DNA of 24,000 nt from an uncultured Gammaproteobacteria bacterium (GTDB lineage: Bacteria > Pseudomonadota > Gammaproteobacteria > Xanthomonadales > Rhodanobacteraceae): positions 45,540 to 69,539 of the forward strand of contig CAVUBI010000004.1 of assembly GCA_963739815.1 (NCBI GenBank), in the 5' to 3' direction. The translations under genes were made by a program, and so were the position numbers. Below are positions 8,478 through 21,752 of this stretch, in pieces (position 1 is the first letter of the stretch; the number at the start of each line of letters is the position of its first letter). Under the pieces are notes generated by a model, which saw nothing but the letters and a program-made list of their open reading frames with translations, did not search any database and was not told where the DNA came from.

Positions 8478-9705
8478 GGCAGACGCTCCAGCACCGCACG
8501 CGGCGGCTCGCCGCGAAAACCCATGCCGCGTCGCGCCAGCGCGCGTTGCAACGGCGGCAACCGGTCGCAAGCCAGCAACGCCAGCGAGCGCAGCGGCGCC
8601 AGCAGCGGCTGCGGCAGGCAGGCCAGCTGCACCAGGCCATGGCTCATCGCCATGGTGCCTTCGCGATCCGGTGCGCGGCGCGCCGCGTAGCGTGCCAGCA
8701 GGTCGGCGTCGCCGGGGTCGGCGGCCGCCGCCACCAGCTCGGCCAGGGTCAGCGCATCGCGCAGGCCCAGGTTGAAACCCTGCGCGCCGATCGGATGCAC
8801 GGTCTGCGCGGCATTGCCGACCAGCACCGCACGCGGCGCGACGAGCTGCGCCGCCGCAACGCGCTGGATCGCATACGGATGGCGCTTGCCGGGCCGGCTC
8901 GAGCCGACCCAGGCGCCAGCCAAAACGGCGCTGCGCCAGCGCGATGAAACCGGCGTCGTCCAGCGCGGCCACCGCGTCGGCCTGCGTCGGCAGGCACGGT
9001 GAGCACCAGCCCGCAGCGACGTTCGGCCAGCGGCAGCAGCGCGATCGGGCCGTCATCGGCGAAGCGCTCGTAGGCGCGATTGGCGTGATCGCGTTCGGGC
9101 GTGACCGTGCAAACGAACAGGGTCTGCCGGTAATCGTGCCGCTCGGTGCCGATGCCCAATTGCGCGCGCACGAACGATTCGGTGCCGTCGGCGCCGACCA
9201 GCAGCGACGTGTCGATGCTGCGCACGCCCTCCGACGTCTTGATCTGCGCACGCCAGCCATCGGCCAACGGCTGCAACGCGGACAAGGTGGCCGGGGCCAG
9301 CCGGGTCAGCCGGGTGCATTCGTCCAGCCGGCGCAGCAGCGCCGCGCCGAGTTCGCGCGCCGGCAGGGTCCAGCCCAGCGCATCGACGCCCTGCTTGCCC
9401 GCATCGATGCGCGCGCTGCCGAACTCGCCGGCACGGCTGACACGGATATGCCGGATCGGCGTGGCGCGTGCCGCGGCATGCCGCCATACGCCGATCGCCT
9501 GCAGCCCGTTGACGGTGGCGCGGGCCAGCGCCAGGTTGCGCTCGTCGTAGCTGGGCTGGGCGTCGGCGCGCGGCGCGGCGGTCTCGACCAGGGTGGCGGC
9601 CACGCCGGCGGCATCCAGCGCGATGGCCAGACTGGCGCCGACCAGGCCGCCGCCGACGATCAGGACGCCGGAGGCGCTCACGAGAGGGGATGCTGGGACG
9701 TTCAT
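8474..9705 (-). pseudogene. ubiH: 2-octaprenyl-6-methoxyphenol hydroxylase UbiH-like FAD monooxygenase; frame broken twice as sequenced
   Basis: Three segments: MNVPASPLVSASGVLIVGGGLVGASLAIALDAAG...LLVGADGTESFVRAQLGI...LVLTVPA (ORF 8749..10023); then QADAVAALDDAGFIALAQRRFGWRLGRLEPA (frame of ORF 7071..9260); then GKRHPYAIQRVAAAQLVAPRAVLVGNAAQTVHPIGAQGFNLGLRDALTLAEL... (ORF 8474..8923). Junctions lie at about 8978-9000 and 8888-8896. The FGWRLG....AGKR..YP and VLVGNAAQT.HPI..QGFNLG.RD stretches match my recollection of E. coli UbiH. Confidence 0.75.
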
Positions 9706-9789
9706 GCGCCGATGATACTCGCCTGCGCCCGACATGGCGCGTTGGGCTAGACTAGCGGCCTGTCCAGTCGCCCACACACGGAGTCTCCC

Positions 9790-10386
9790 ATGGCCAAGAC
9801 GCAGCCCCAACGCATCGGCATCTTCCTGCTGCTCGCCCTGGTGATGGCGGCGACGCGCCTGCATCACTTCAGCGCGTTGCCCGATGCCTCGTGGGGCATG
9901 TTTTTCCTCGCCGGTTTCTGGCTGCGCGGCTCCGCCCGCTGGGCGTTTCCGCTGCTGATTGCCGAGGCGGTGCTGGTCGATTTCTTCGTGATCACCGGGC
10001 CAGGGCTCGATTTCTGGACCCACTACTGCGTCTCGCCGGCGTACTGGTACGATGCCGGCGTACTTCGGCGCGCTGTGGTTCGGCGGCAGCTGGCTGGCCC
10101 GCCATCAGTCGGGCCTGCGCCTGCTCGACGCTGGGCCTGGCGGCAGTCGCGCTGGTGGTCAGTGAAATGCGTCGCTATCTGATCTCCAACGGCAGCTTCT
10201 ACTGGCTCAGCGACGGCGTGCCGCTGCCGCGCAGCTCCGCCAGCTGGTTCGCCAATCTGGGCGACTGGTACCTGCCGTTCCTCGCCACCACCGCGCTGTA
10301 TGTCGGCATCGGCGCCGTGCTGCACATCGGCGTGACCCTGCTGGCCGCGCACGCTGGGCAGCTCGCCAGCCCGCGGCCGGCGCTGA
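9790..10386 (+). pseudogene. Hypothetical polytopic inner-membrane protein; at least 2 frame breaks as sequenced, 3' end uncertain
   Basis: ATG 9790 has a GGAG SD 7 nt upstream. Hydrophobic segments continue across three frames: MAKTQPQRIGIFLLLALVMAA...FPLLIAEAVLVDFFVITG...CVSPAYWY; then MPAYFGALWFGGSWLARHQSGLRLL; then TLGLAAVALVVSEMRRYLISNGSFYWL...WYLPFLATTALYVGIGAVLHIGVTLLAA. Junctions lie at about 10040-10054 and 10121-10131. The last frame has no stop before the next gene. The end given (TGA 10384-10386) assumes one more +1 shift after about 10336. No family recognised. Confidence 0.45.
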
Positions 10387-10394
10387 ACCGACTG

Positions 10395-10967
10395 ATGGGC
10401 AACCGCCTCTCGAAGATCTACACGCGCACCGGCGACGACGGCAGCACCGGCCTCGGCGACGGTTCGCGGGTGGGCAAGGATTCGCTGCGGGTCAATGCCT
10501 ACGGCACGGTGGACGAGCTCAACAGCACGATCGGCATGGTGCTGGCCGCCGACGGCGTCGGCGACGACGTGCGCGAAGCGCTGACCCAGGTGCAGCACGA
10601 CCTGTTCGACCTCGGCGGCGAGCTGTGCATTCCCGGCATGGCGATGGTCGAGGACGCCGACATCGACCGGCTGGAGCACATCCTCGACGAGCTCAACGAA
10701 CCGCTGCCGCCACTGAAGGAGTTCATCCTGCCCGGCGGCGGCATGGCTGCGGCCTGCGGCCATCTGGCGCGCACGGTCTGCCGTCGCGCCGAGCGCGAGG
10801 TGATCGCGCTGTCGCGGGTGGAAGACATCCGCGGCCAGCCGCAGCGCTATCTCAACCGGCTGTCCGACCTGCTGTTCGTGATCTCGCGCGTGCTGGCGCG
10901 CGCCAGCGGCCACGGCGAAGTGCTGTGGCAGCACGAGCGTCGGCGCAAACCCAAGCCCGCCGAATAA
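10395..10967 (+). CDS. ATP:cob(I)alamin adenosyltransferase, PduO/MMAB type
   Basis: Starts MGNRLSKIYTRTGDDGSTGLGDGSRVGKDSLRVNAYGTVDELNSTIG, the characteristic N-terminus of the PduO-type family. Continues ...HDLFDLGGEL...LKEFILPGG...HLARTVCRRAEREV...YLNRLSDLLFVISR. About 190 aa, intact, TAA at 10965-10967. The start is chosen by family length; the frame is open upstream into the preceding membrane ORF. Confidence 0.85.
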   Translation: MGNRLSKIYTRTGDDGSTGLGDGSRVGKDSLRVNAYGTVDELNSTIGMVLAADGVGDDVREALTQVQHDLFDLGGELCIPGMAMVEDADIDRLEHILDELNEPLPPLKEFILPGGGMAAACGHLARTVCRRAEREVIALSRVEDIRGQPQRYLNRLSDLLFVISRVLARASGHGEVLWQHERRRKPKPAE

Positions 10968-10975
10968 GCCACCGC

Positions 10976-11897
10976 ATGCTGCGGCTGTACACCCACCCTG
11001 CCTGCCTGCAGCACGACCCCGGCCCGGGGCATGTCGAACGGCCGTCGCGGCTGCACGCGGTGTTGCAGGCGCTGGACCACGACCGTTTCGCCGCGCTCGA
11101 TCGCATCGAGGCGCCGCAGGCCACCCGCGAACAATTGCTGCGCGTGCACGACGCCGCCCACGTCGCGGAGATCATGGTCGGTGCGCCGCCAGACGCCATG
11201 CTCGCCCTGGACCAGGACACCGTGATGGGCCCCGGCTCGACCGAGGCGGCCCTGCGTGCGGCCGGTGCCGTCGTGGCCGCGGTCGATGCGGTGCTCGGCG
11301 GTAGCGCACGGCGCGCGTTCTGCGCGGTGCGTCCACCCGGCCATCACGCCACGCGCGAGCGGGCGATGGGCTTCTGCCTGTTCAACAACATCGCGGTGGC
11401 CGCTGCTCATGCGCTGGCCGTGCATGGCCTGAAGCGGGTCGCGATCGCCGACTTCGACGTGCATCACGGCAACGGCACCCAGGCCATCTTCGAGCGCGAA
11501 CCGCGCGTGCTGTTCGCCTCCAGCCATCAGTCACCGCTGTATCCGGACAGCGGCCGCGAGGACGAGCGCGGCGTGGGCAACATCGTCAACGGCACGCTGT
11601 CGCCCGGCGCCGGCTCGCACGAATTCCGCGAACTGTGGGACGGCGTGCTGCTGCCGCGACTGCACGCGTTCAAGCCGCAACTGGTGCTGGTTTCGGCGGG
11701 TTTCGACGCCCACCGCAACGATCCGCTGGCCGACATCCGGCTGGGTCAGCGAAGACTACGCGTGGATCACCGAACGGCTGGCGACGCTGGCCGACGCGCA
11801 TGCCGGCGGGCGGCTGGTTTCCACGCTGGAAGGCGGCTACGACCTCGCCGCGCTGGCCGCCAGCACCTGCGCGCATGTCAGCGCCCTGATGGAATGA
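10976..11897 (+). pseudogene. Histone deacetylase (HDAC/AcuC/APAH) family amidohydrolase; one frame break near the 3' end as sequenced
   Basis: MLRLYTHPACLQHDPGPGHVERPSRL...FCAVRPPGHHA...IADFDVHHGNGTQAIF...LVSAGFDAHRNDPLADIRL lies in the frame of ORF 10625..12334. It continues after about 11740-11747 in the next frame as (V)SEDYAWITERLATLADAHAGGRLVSTLEGGYDLAALAASTCAHVSALME, ending at TGA 11895-11897. The RPPGHHA, DxHHGNGTQ and EGGY motifs are HDAC hallmarks. Confidence 0.85.
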
Positions 11898-12014
11898 CAC
11901 GCCTCCATTCGCCACCTCCCACACTGAACGCGGACATCCGCCAGCGAACATCTGCCTGCCGCAGGGAGGGGCTTTCTGCTAGCTTAACGAGCCTTCGAAG
12001 CCGGCAGATTTCCC

Positions 12015-14401
12015 GTGACGCCCAAGTTACCTCCACGCCGCCTGCTGGCGGTCGCCGCTGCACTGGCACTGATCGGCGGCCACGCCGACGCCAGCAATGG
12101 CCAGACGCCTCCCGCCACGCCACCACCGGACACCGCCGACCAGGCCTGCCCGCTGGGTTCGTTCCACTGTGCGCCGCGCCCGCTCAACTATGCGATGTGC
12201 CGCCCGAACGCCCTGCTGGAGTTCTACGATCCCGGCCTGAGCAAGGATCGCAGCCTGCGCGAAACCAGCCCGACCCAGGTGCAGGCCCAGCACGTGGACA
12301 GCTCCAACCAGTCGGTCTACCACCTGTCCGGTGAAGTGAAGCTGCAACGTGCCGACCAGCTGCTGCAGGCCGATCGCATCGACTACAACAACGAGAACAC
12401 CGACTACGACGCACGCGGCAACGTGCGCTACCAGGAAGCCGGCCAGCTGCTGGCCGCCTCGCACATGCGCGGCAACACCGACGCCAGCCGCGGCATCGCC
12501 GACGACGTGCGTTACCAGATGCTCGACGCACGCGGCAACGGCGTGGCCAAACAGGGCCACATGCTGGACGCCCAGCGCGCCCGCTATTCGATGGCCACGT
12601 ATTCCACCTGCGACGTCGGCCACCATCTGTGGGAGTTCCGCGCCAAATCGATCACCATCGACAAGGCCACCGGCGTGGGCGTGGCGCGCGACGCCACCAT
12701 GCGACTGGGCAACGTGCCGTTCCTGTACCTGCCGTATTTCACCTTCCCGACCGATGACCGGCGCAAGAGCGGCTTCCTGTATCCGACCATCGGCAACACC
12801 AGCCGCTCCGGTTTCGAGGTCAGCACGCCGTACTACCTGAATCTGGCACCGAACTACGACGCCACGCTGGATCCGCGCATCTACAGCGAGCGCGGCGCGA
12901 TGCTGGCCGGCGAGTTCCGCTACCTGGTGCCGGGCAGCCGTGGCCAGCTCAACCTGGAATACGTGCCCAAAGACCATGGCGAGAACGACGGGCTTGCCGA
13001 TACCAGGGGCGACTCGCGCTATCTGGTCAATCTTTCCGACAGCACGCAGCTCTGGAAAGGCTGGCAATTCGTGGGTTCATACAACCATGCCTCGGACAGC
13101 AGTTACCTGTACGACTACGGCGATGCCCTGTCGCACGCGGCGATCTACACGCTGGCCTCCAATGCCGCCGTCATCGGTGGCGGCAAATGGTGGAACGCTT
13201 CGTTCGGTGGCACCATCTACCAGAACGTCAATCCGTTCGTGACCGACAACGGGCTGCCATACAAGCAACTGCCCGTACGCGACCTTCAGCATGAACGTGC
13301 CGCTGTCGCGCTGGCTGGAATTCGGCATGGACACCTCGGCGGTGGCATTCCGCAAGACCGGCTTCGTCGAAGGCCAGCGGGAGGATCTCTACCCCTACCT
13401 GGCGGCCGACTTCGGCACCTCGGCCTGGTTCGTGCGGCCGCGGCTGGCCTATCGCTACACCGCCTACCAGCTGGACAGCGACTATCAGCACTACGGTTAT
13501 GGCGGCCTGCTCGGCAGCGGCGCGACCACGCCGTTCGACCAGAAGTCACCGAGCCGTTCGCTGCCGATCGTCAGCGTGGACAGCGGGCTGGTGTTCGACC
13601 GCAGCACATCGCTGTTCGGCAGCAGCTACACCCAGACACTCGAGCCGCGGCTGTATTACCTGTACGTGCCTTACCGCAACCAGAACAACCTGCCGCTTTT
13701 CGATACCAGCCTGATGTCGTTCGATTACTGGCAGTTGTTCTCGACCAACCAGTTCTCCGGCGGCGACCGCCAGATGGACGCGAACAACCTCACGGCGGCG
13801 CTCACCTCCCGCCTGCTCGACGACGGCGGCGTGGAACGGGTGTCGGCCAGCATCGGCCAGATCCGCTACTTGAGCCCGCAACGGGTGCTCGGTACCGATT
13901 GGGTCCGCTCGGCCTACGTGGCCCAACTCGACGTGCAGCTCAACGATCGTTGGCGGCTCGAACAGCGCCTACCAGTGGAGCCCGAACACCCGCCTCACCG
14001 ATATGGCCGCGGTGCAACTGCAGCGCCGATTGCGCACCGACGGCATCGTCAACTTCGCCTACCGCTATCGCCGTGGCCTGCTGGAACAATACAGCGCCTC
14101 CGTGGTCTACCCGGTATCCGAACGCTGGCGGCTGGTGGGCGCATGGACCTATTCGGTCAAGGATCGCCAGAGCGTCGATGCGCTGGCCGGCGTGGAGTAC
14201 GACAGCTGCTGCGTGTCGCTGCGGCTGGTCGCGCGCAGTTACGTGAACCAGGGCTACTACGGTTTCGGCCCGGTTCCGGCAGGCGGCAATATCGACCATC
14301 GCGACAACGCCGTCATGTTCGAACTGGTCTTCAAGGGACTGGGCTCCACCGGCGGCCAAATCGATCCGCTGCTGCGCCGTGATATTCTCGGCTATCAATA
14401 A
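12015..14401 (+). pseudogene. lptD: LPS-assembly outer-membrane protein LptD (Imp/OstA); frame broken twice as sequenced
   Basis: GTG 12015 is followed by signal peptide RRLLAVAAALALIGGHADA. The OstA-like N-domain (VYHLSGEVKLQRADQLLQADRIDYN...) and barrel (GNVPFLYLPYFTFPTDDRRKSGFLYP...) run to ...GLPYKQLP in ORF 12015..14246. The sequence continues as YATFSMNVPLSRWLEFGMDTSAVAF...LEPRLYYLYVPYRNQNNLPLFDT...LNDRWRL in ORF 13291..14382. It ends as SAYQWSPNTRLTDMAAVQLQRRL...GVEYDSCCVSLRLVARSY...FELVFKGLGS in ORF 14003..14401. Junctions lie at about 13270-13276 and 13955-13966. Synteny with surA-pdxA-rsmA-apaG-apaH is as in E. coli. Confidence 0.9.
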
Positions 14402-14434
14402 ACGTACTCGCCACGGCGACCAGGCTTTCCACTG

Positions 14435-15778
14435 ATGAAGCAACCCCTCGCATCCCTTCTGCTCGCGCTCGCGATCGCACTGCCCGCCCACGCCCAGTTG
14501 CTGACGCCGACTGCCTCGGCCAGCCAGCCGCTGGATCGCATCGTGGCCGTGGTCAACGATGACGTGATCCTGCAAAGCGAGCTGAATGAGGCGGTGGTCT
14601 CCGTGCAGCAGCAATACGCCGGCCACACCGAACAACTGCCGCCGATGAACGTGCTGCAGCAACAGGTGCTCAACCGCCTGGTGCTGATGCGCCTGCAGAT
14701 CCAGAAGGCGCAGGACCAGGGCATCCACGTCTCCGACGCGGATGTCGACCAGGCGGTCCAGGGCGTCGCCCAGCAGAACAAGCTCACACCCGAACAGTTG
14801 CAGCGCAGAAGTCGAGCGCAGCGGCTCCAGCTTCGCCGCGTTCCGCCAGCAGCTCGCCGACCAGATCACCGTGCAGCGCCTGCACCAGAGCGTGGTGCAG
14901 GACTCGGTCTCGGTCACCGACAGCGAAATCGACAACCTGCTCAGCAGTCCGACCTACAAGGCCGGTGAAGTGCATCATGGCGCACATCCAGATCAGCATC
15001 CCCGGCGGTGCCGATGCGGCCGCCATCCAGGCCAGCCAGGCCAAGGCCGAGCAGACGCTGGCCGCCATTAAGGGCGGCATGGATTTCAACGCCGCTGCGA
15101 TCCGCTACTCCGACGCACCCGATGCGCTGGACGGCGGCGATCTCGGCTGGCGCCGGATGGACGAAATGCCGCCGGCTTTCGCCGACACCATCGCCTCGAT
15201 GAAGCCCGGCCAGGTCAGTCCGGCACTGCGTGGCCCGACCGGCTTCCATATCCTCAAGCTGATCGACCAGCGCCAGAGCGAGTCGCAAGATGGTCACCGA
15301 ACTGCACGCCCGGCAGATCCTGATCAAGCCCAGCGAACTGGTGACGCCGGCGCAGGCCGAACAGAAGGCCCGCGACCTGTACAGCCGCATCGTCGACAAG
15401 CACGAGGACTTCGCCACCCTGGCGAAGGAAAATTCCAAGGACGACACCAGCGCGAACATCGGCGGCGACATGGGCTGGTTTCCGCAGCAGGCCTGGGGCC
15501 AGGCCATCGCTACCCAGCTCGGGCAGCTGAAGGACAACGAAGTCTCGCAGCCGTTCCAGAGCGACGCCGGCTGGCACATCCTGCAGCGCCTCGGCGAGCG
15601 CCAGAGCGACCAGACCGTGCAGATCGAACGCGACCAGGCGCGCCAGGCGATCGGCAACCGCAAGTCCGAGCAGGCCTACGATGACTACCTGCGCGACCTG
15701 CGCTCCAACGCCTACGTCGACATCCTGGTCCCCGAGCTGCGCAATGCGGACGGCCAGGCCGCCGCCAACTCGCCGTAA
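14435..15778 (+). pseudogene. surA: Periplasmic chaperone / peptidyl-prolyl isomerase SurA; frame broken 3 times as sequenced
   Basis: Signal peptide MKQPLASLLLALAIALPAHA, then DRIVAVVNDDVILQSEL...LTPEQLQ (ORF 14435..14968). Next AEVERSGSSFAAFRQQLADQI...SPTYKAGEVH (ORF 14742..15071). Next MAHIQISIP...GGDLGWRRMDEMP...GFHILKLIDQRQSE (ORF 14965..15684). Last MVTELHARQILIKP...GGDMGWFP...GWHILQRLGERQ...YLRDLRSNAYVDIL (ORF 15290..15778). Two parvulin domains are present. Junctions lie at about 14800-14808, 14970-14980 and 15283-15290. Confidence 0.9.
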
Positions 15779-15781
15779 ACG

Positions 15782-16844
15782 TTGGACACCTCGCCACTGC
15801 CGCGCCTCGCGCTCACGGCGGGTGAGCCGGCGGGAGTCGGCGCGGAACTGCTGATCCGGCTGGCGGCCACGCCACTGGCCGCCAGCCTCGTTGCCATCAC
15901 CGACCGTGACCTGCTGAAACGCGCCGCGGCACGTTGCGGCGTGGTCATCGAACTGACCGACGACGACGGCAGCACGCAGACCGAACGCCGCACCGGCACG
16001 TTGCGTGTACGCCACCTGCCGCTTGGCATCGACGAAATACCCGGCCAGCCGGACCCCCGCAATGCGCGGCACGTGCTCGACACGCTGGCCGAGGCCGCCG
16101 ACGGCTGCATGGCCGGCCGCTACGACGCGGTGGTTACCGCGCCGCTGCAGAAATCCTCGATCAACGATGCCGGCATCCGTTTCAGCGGGCACACCGAATT
16201 CTTCGCCGCTCGTGCACATGCCGACGTGGTGATGATGCTGGCCAGCCCGGAGTTGCGCGTGGCGCTGGCCACCACGCACCTGCCGCTGGCCGCAGTACCG
16301 GCAGCGATAACGCCGGCCACGCTGACCCGCACGCTGCGCATCGTGCACGCCGAACTGCAGCGCAAGTTCGGCATCGCCACCCCGCGCATCGCCGTGCTTG
16401 GCCTCAATCCCGCACGCCGGTGAAGGCGGCCATATCGGTCGCGAGGAAATCGACACGCTGATTCCGGTGCTTGATGCCTTGCGCAACGAGGGCATGCACC
16501 TGCTTGGCCCACTGCCCGCCGACACCGCCTTCATGCCGGCGCAGCGCGCACATTACGACGCGGTGCTGGCGATGTATCACGACCAGGCCTTGCCGGTACT
16601 GAAAAGCGAAGCGTTCGACCGCACCGTGAACCTCACCCTCGGTCTGCCCTTCATCCGTACCTCGGTCGACCACGGCACCGCGCTGGATCTGGCCGGCACC
16701 GGTCGGGCCGACCCGGCCAGCCTGATCGCCGCGGCGCGCATGGCACTGGAACTCGTGGCGCGCCGCGCCACTCATCCACCGTCGCCCCGACGGATGGAAG
16801 AGCTGGGCGACCGGCCCATTTCGCCGGAAACCCTCATCCCGTGA
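15782..16844 (+). pseudogene. pdxA: 4-hydroxythreonine-4-phosphate dehydrogenase PdxA; one frame break as sequenced
   Basis: ORF 15782..16423 has a TTG start (uncertain) and reads PRLALTAGEPAGVGAELL...VTAPLQKSSINDAGIRFSGHTEFF...RIAVLGLNP. It continues in ORF 16398..16844 as [20 protein letters not shown]...[12 protein letters not shown]...[13 protein letters not shown]. The conserved NPHAGEGG motif is split at about 16398-16404. The 3' end overlaps the rsmA GTG start (GTGA). Confidence 0.9.
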
Positions 16845-17629
16845 ACGCGCGCCCCAAGAAAAGCTTCGGCCAGCACTTCCTGCACGACCGCCGTTACATC
16901 GATCGCATCGTCAGCGCGGTGGCGCCGCATGCGGAAGATTTCGTCATCGAGATCGGCCCGGGCGAAGGCGCGCTGACCCTGCCGCTGCTGGCCGCGGCGG
17001 GCAAACTCACCGCGATCGAACTGGACACCGACCTGATCCCCGGCCTGCAGGCGCGCGCCGCCCGCGCGGGCGAGCTGCACATCATCCACGCCGACGTGCT
17101 GAAAGTGGACTTCACCGCGCTGGCGCACAGCCACGGCGTGCCGCGGCTGCGCATCGCCGGCAACCTGCCCTACTACATCTCCAGCCCGATCCTGTTCCAC
17201 TGCGTCGAGCACGTCGCGGCGATCCAGGACATGCATTTCATGCTGCAGAAGGAAGTGGTCGACCGGATGGCCGCCGAACCGGGCAGCAAGGTGTATGGAC
17301 GGCTATCGGTGATGCTGCAGCTGGCGTGCCGGGTCGAGCCGCTGTTCGACGTGCCGGCCGAAGCATTCCGTCCACCGCCGAAGGTGGAGTCCGCCGTAGT
17401 GCGGCTGCTGCCGCTGGCGCCGCACGAACTGCACGATGCACGCCCCGAACATGTCTACGCCGTGGTCAAGGCCGCCTTCGGGCAACGTCGCAAGACGCTT
17501 TCCAACGCACTACGGCAATTGCTCGACAGCGACGCGATCCGCCGTGCCGACGTCGATCCCCGCGCCCGCGCCGAGACGCTGGCTCCGGCCGACTTCGTGC
17601 GCTTGGCCAAGGTCTACGCCAGCCTCTGA
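16841..17629 (+). CDS. rsmA: 16S rRNA (adenine1518/1519-N6)-dimethyltransferase RsmA (KsgA)
   Basis: Intact 262-aa ORF. Contains [10 protein letters not shown], the SAM-binding motif [10 protein letters not shown], and [13 protein letters not shown]. Its position between pdxA and apaG matches the classical cluster. Confidence 0.93.
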   Translation: MNARPKKSFGQHFLHDRRYIDRIVSAVAPHAEDFVIEIGPGEGALTLPLLAAAGKLTAIELDTDLIPGLQARAARAGELHIIHADVLKVDFTALAHSHGVPRLRIAGNLPYYISSPILFHCVEHVAAIQDMHFMLQKEVVDRMAAEPGSKVYGRLSVMLQLACRVEPLFDVPAEAFRPPPKVESAVVRLLPLAPHELHDARPEHVYAVVKAAFGQRRKTLSNALRQLLDSDAIRRADVDPRARAETLAPADFVRLAKVYASL

Positions 17630-17696
17630 TGCAGAAGGTGCATCCCGATCGCTGCGGTCCCGCCCCATTCACGGCGGCAAGCCTTACAATCCGGGC

Positions 17697-18080
17697 ATGA
17701 CTGAAAAATCTTCCTACACGATCGACGTGCAGGTCGAAACCCGCTTCGTCCCCGACCAATCGAAGCCCGGTGACAATCGCTACGTTTTCGCCTACACCAT
17801 CACCCTGCGCAACGCTGGCGCGATGCCCGCGCGCCTGCTTACCCGCCGCTGGATGATCACCGACGCCAACGGCAAGGTGGAGGAAGTCACCGGCGACGGC
17901 GTGGTCGGCGAACAGCCATGGATGCGCCCGGGCGACGATTTCGAATACACCTCCGGCGCCGTGCTGGAAACCCCGGTCGGCACCATGGGCGGCAGCTACC
18001 AGATGCTCGCCGACGACGGCACGGAGTTCGAGGCGCCCATCCCGACCTTCACCCTGTCCATTCCGCGTACGCTGCACTGA
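17697..18080 (+). CDS. apaG: ApaG (DUF525) protein
   Basis: ATG 17697 lies inside ORF 17436..18080. MTEKSSYTIDVQVETRFVPDQSKPGDNRYVFAYTITLRN...RRWMITDANGKVEEVTGDGVVGEQP...F(E)YTSG, 127 aa, which is the typical ApaG length and sequence. Located between rsmA and apaH. Confidence 0.9.
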   Translation: MTEKSSYTIDVQVETRFVPDQSKPGDNRYVFAYTITLRNAGAMPARLLTRRWMITDANGKVEEVTGDGVVGEQPWMRPGDDFEYTSGAVLETPVGTMGGSYQMLADDGTEFEAPIPTFTLSIPRTLH

Positions 18081-18095
18081 TGGCGTTGCGCTGAC

Positions 18096-18948
18096 ATGGC
18101 CACGTACGCTATCGGCGACGTACAGGGCTGCTATCCCGAACTGCAGCGCCTGCTGGAGAAAGCTGCGTTTCGACCCGGCGCAGGACCAGTTGTGGTTCTG
18201 CGGCGACCTGGTCAACCGTGGCGGCCAGTCGCTGGACACGTTGCGGCTGATCCACAGCCTGCGCGAGCACTGTGTGATCACCCTGGGCAACCACGACCTC
18301 AGCCTGCTGGCGATCGCCCAGCGCCGGCCGGACGCGCAGGCGCGGGTCAACCCCGAGTTGCGCGAAGTGCTGTTCGCCGACGATGCGCCGGTACTGTTCG
18401 AATGGTTGCGCTCGCAGAAGCTGATGCATCACGACGAGCAACTCGACTGGACGCATGGTCCACGCCGGCCTGGCGCCGATGTGGACGCTGCGCCAGGCCC
18501 TGCGTTGCGCGCAGGATGTCGAACGCGAACTGTCCAGCCCGCGCCATCCGCGACTGCTGCGCAACCTGTTCGGCAACCGGCCCGCCGTGTGGTCGAGCCG
18601 GCTGCAGGGACTGGATCGCCAGCGCGCCACCATCAACACGATGACCCGTATGCGCTACTGCGACATCAACGGCCGCATCGACTTCGAGGCCAAGGGCATT
18701 CCCGGCACGCAAAAGCCGGGACTGTATCCATGGTTCGAGGTGCCCGGCATGCGTCGCCGTGACACCCGCACGTCTGCGGCCACTGGTCGGCGCTGGGCCG
18801 CTTCGCCGGCTATGGCGTACACGCCATCGACACCGGCTGCGTGTGGGGTGGACAGCTCACCGCATTGCGACTGGACGGCGAAGAGCCGCAGTACATCACG
18901 GTGCAGGCCGAGCCGCACCGCAAGCGCCCTCCTGGCGTCGAGGATTGA
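18096..18948 (+). pseudogene. apaH: Symmetrical bis(5'-nucleosyl)-tetraphosphatase ApaH; three frame junctions as sequenced
   Basis: MATYAIGDVQGCYPELQRLLEKAAF (ORF 18096..); then DPAQDQLWFCGDLVNRGGQSLDTLRLI...LGNHDLSLLA...LMHHDEQL (ORF 18190..); then MVHAGLAPMWTL...TRMRYCDINGRIDF...YPWFEVPG (ORF 18455..); then [46 protein letters not shown], ending at TGA 18946-18948 in a frame with no listed ORF. Junctions lie at about 18165-18172, 18447-18457 and 18745-18772. The last is net +2 or -1. The metallophosphatase motifs GDxxG, GDLVxRG, GNHD and GHW are all present. Confidence 0.9.
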
Positions 18949-18949
18949 C

Positions 18950-18983
18950 CATGAAAAACCCCGCCGCAGCGGGGTTTTTCATG
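18950..18983. terminator. Bidirectional rho-independent terminator between convergent apaH and secA
   Basis: Perfect 15-bp inverted repeat CATGAAAAACCCCGC-cgca-GCGGGGTTTTTCATG. The GC-rich core GGGG/CCCC is flanked by A5 on the left and T5 on the right, giving a U-tract on either strand. It lies 2 nt after the apaH stop and 17 nt after the secA stop. Confidence 0.8.
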
Positions 18984-18999
18984 GCGCTGTCGAGTTGAC

Positions 19000-21729
<2,730 letters not shown>

Positions 21730-21752
21730 CGATCTTCCGGATTGGGGAACAG

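Noticed and set aside
7071-9260. 729-aa minus-strand ORF that looks like one large protein
   Set aside because: It is a chimera created by the frame breaks. It strings together out-of-frame read-through with in-frame pieces of three different genes: the middle of ubiH, the N-terminus and a late segment of the UbiI-like gene, and the signal peptide of the dienelactone hydrolase.
9706-9789. Possible cobalamin riboswitch upstream of the membrane-ORF/adenosyltransferase pair
   Set aside because: The region is only 84 nt and has no B12-box-like sequence that I can recognise. It is too short for the known riboswitch architecture.
10625-12334. 569-aa plus-strand ORF
   Set aside because: It is a composite. 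Its first ~117 aa are out of frame over the adenosyltransferase gene and the short gap that follows it. The middle is the genuine HDAC-family protein starting at ATG 10976. After the break at about 11744 it is read-through that extends into lptD.
12027-16534. Long minus-strand ORFs 12027..13067 (346 aa), 13940..14935 (331 aa) and 15254..16534 (426 aa)
   Set aside because: They are antisense to lptD, surA and pdxA respectively. They have no motifs and a shadow-ORF composition.
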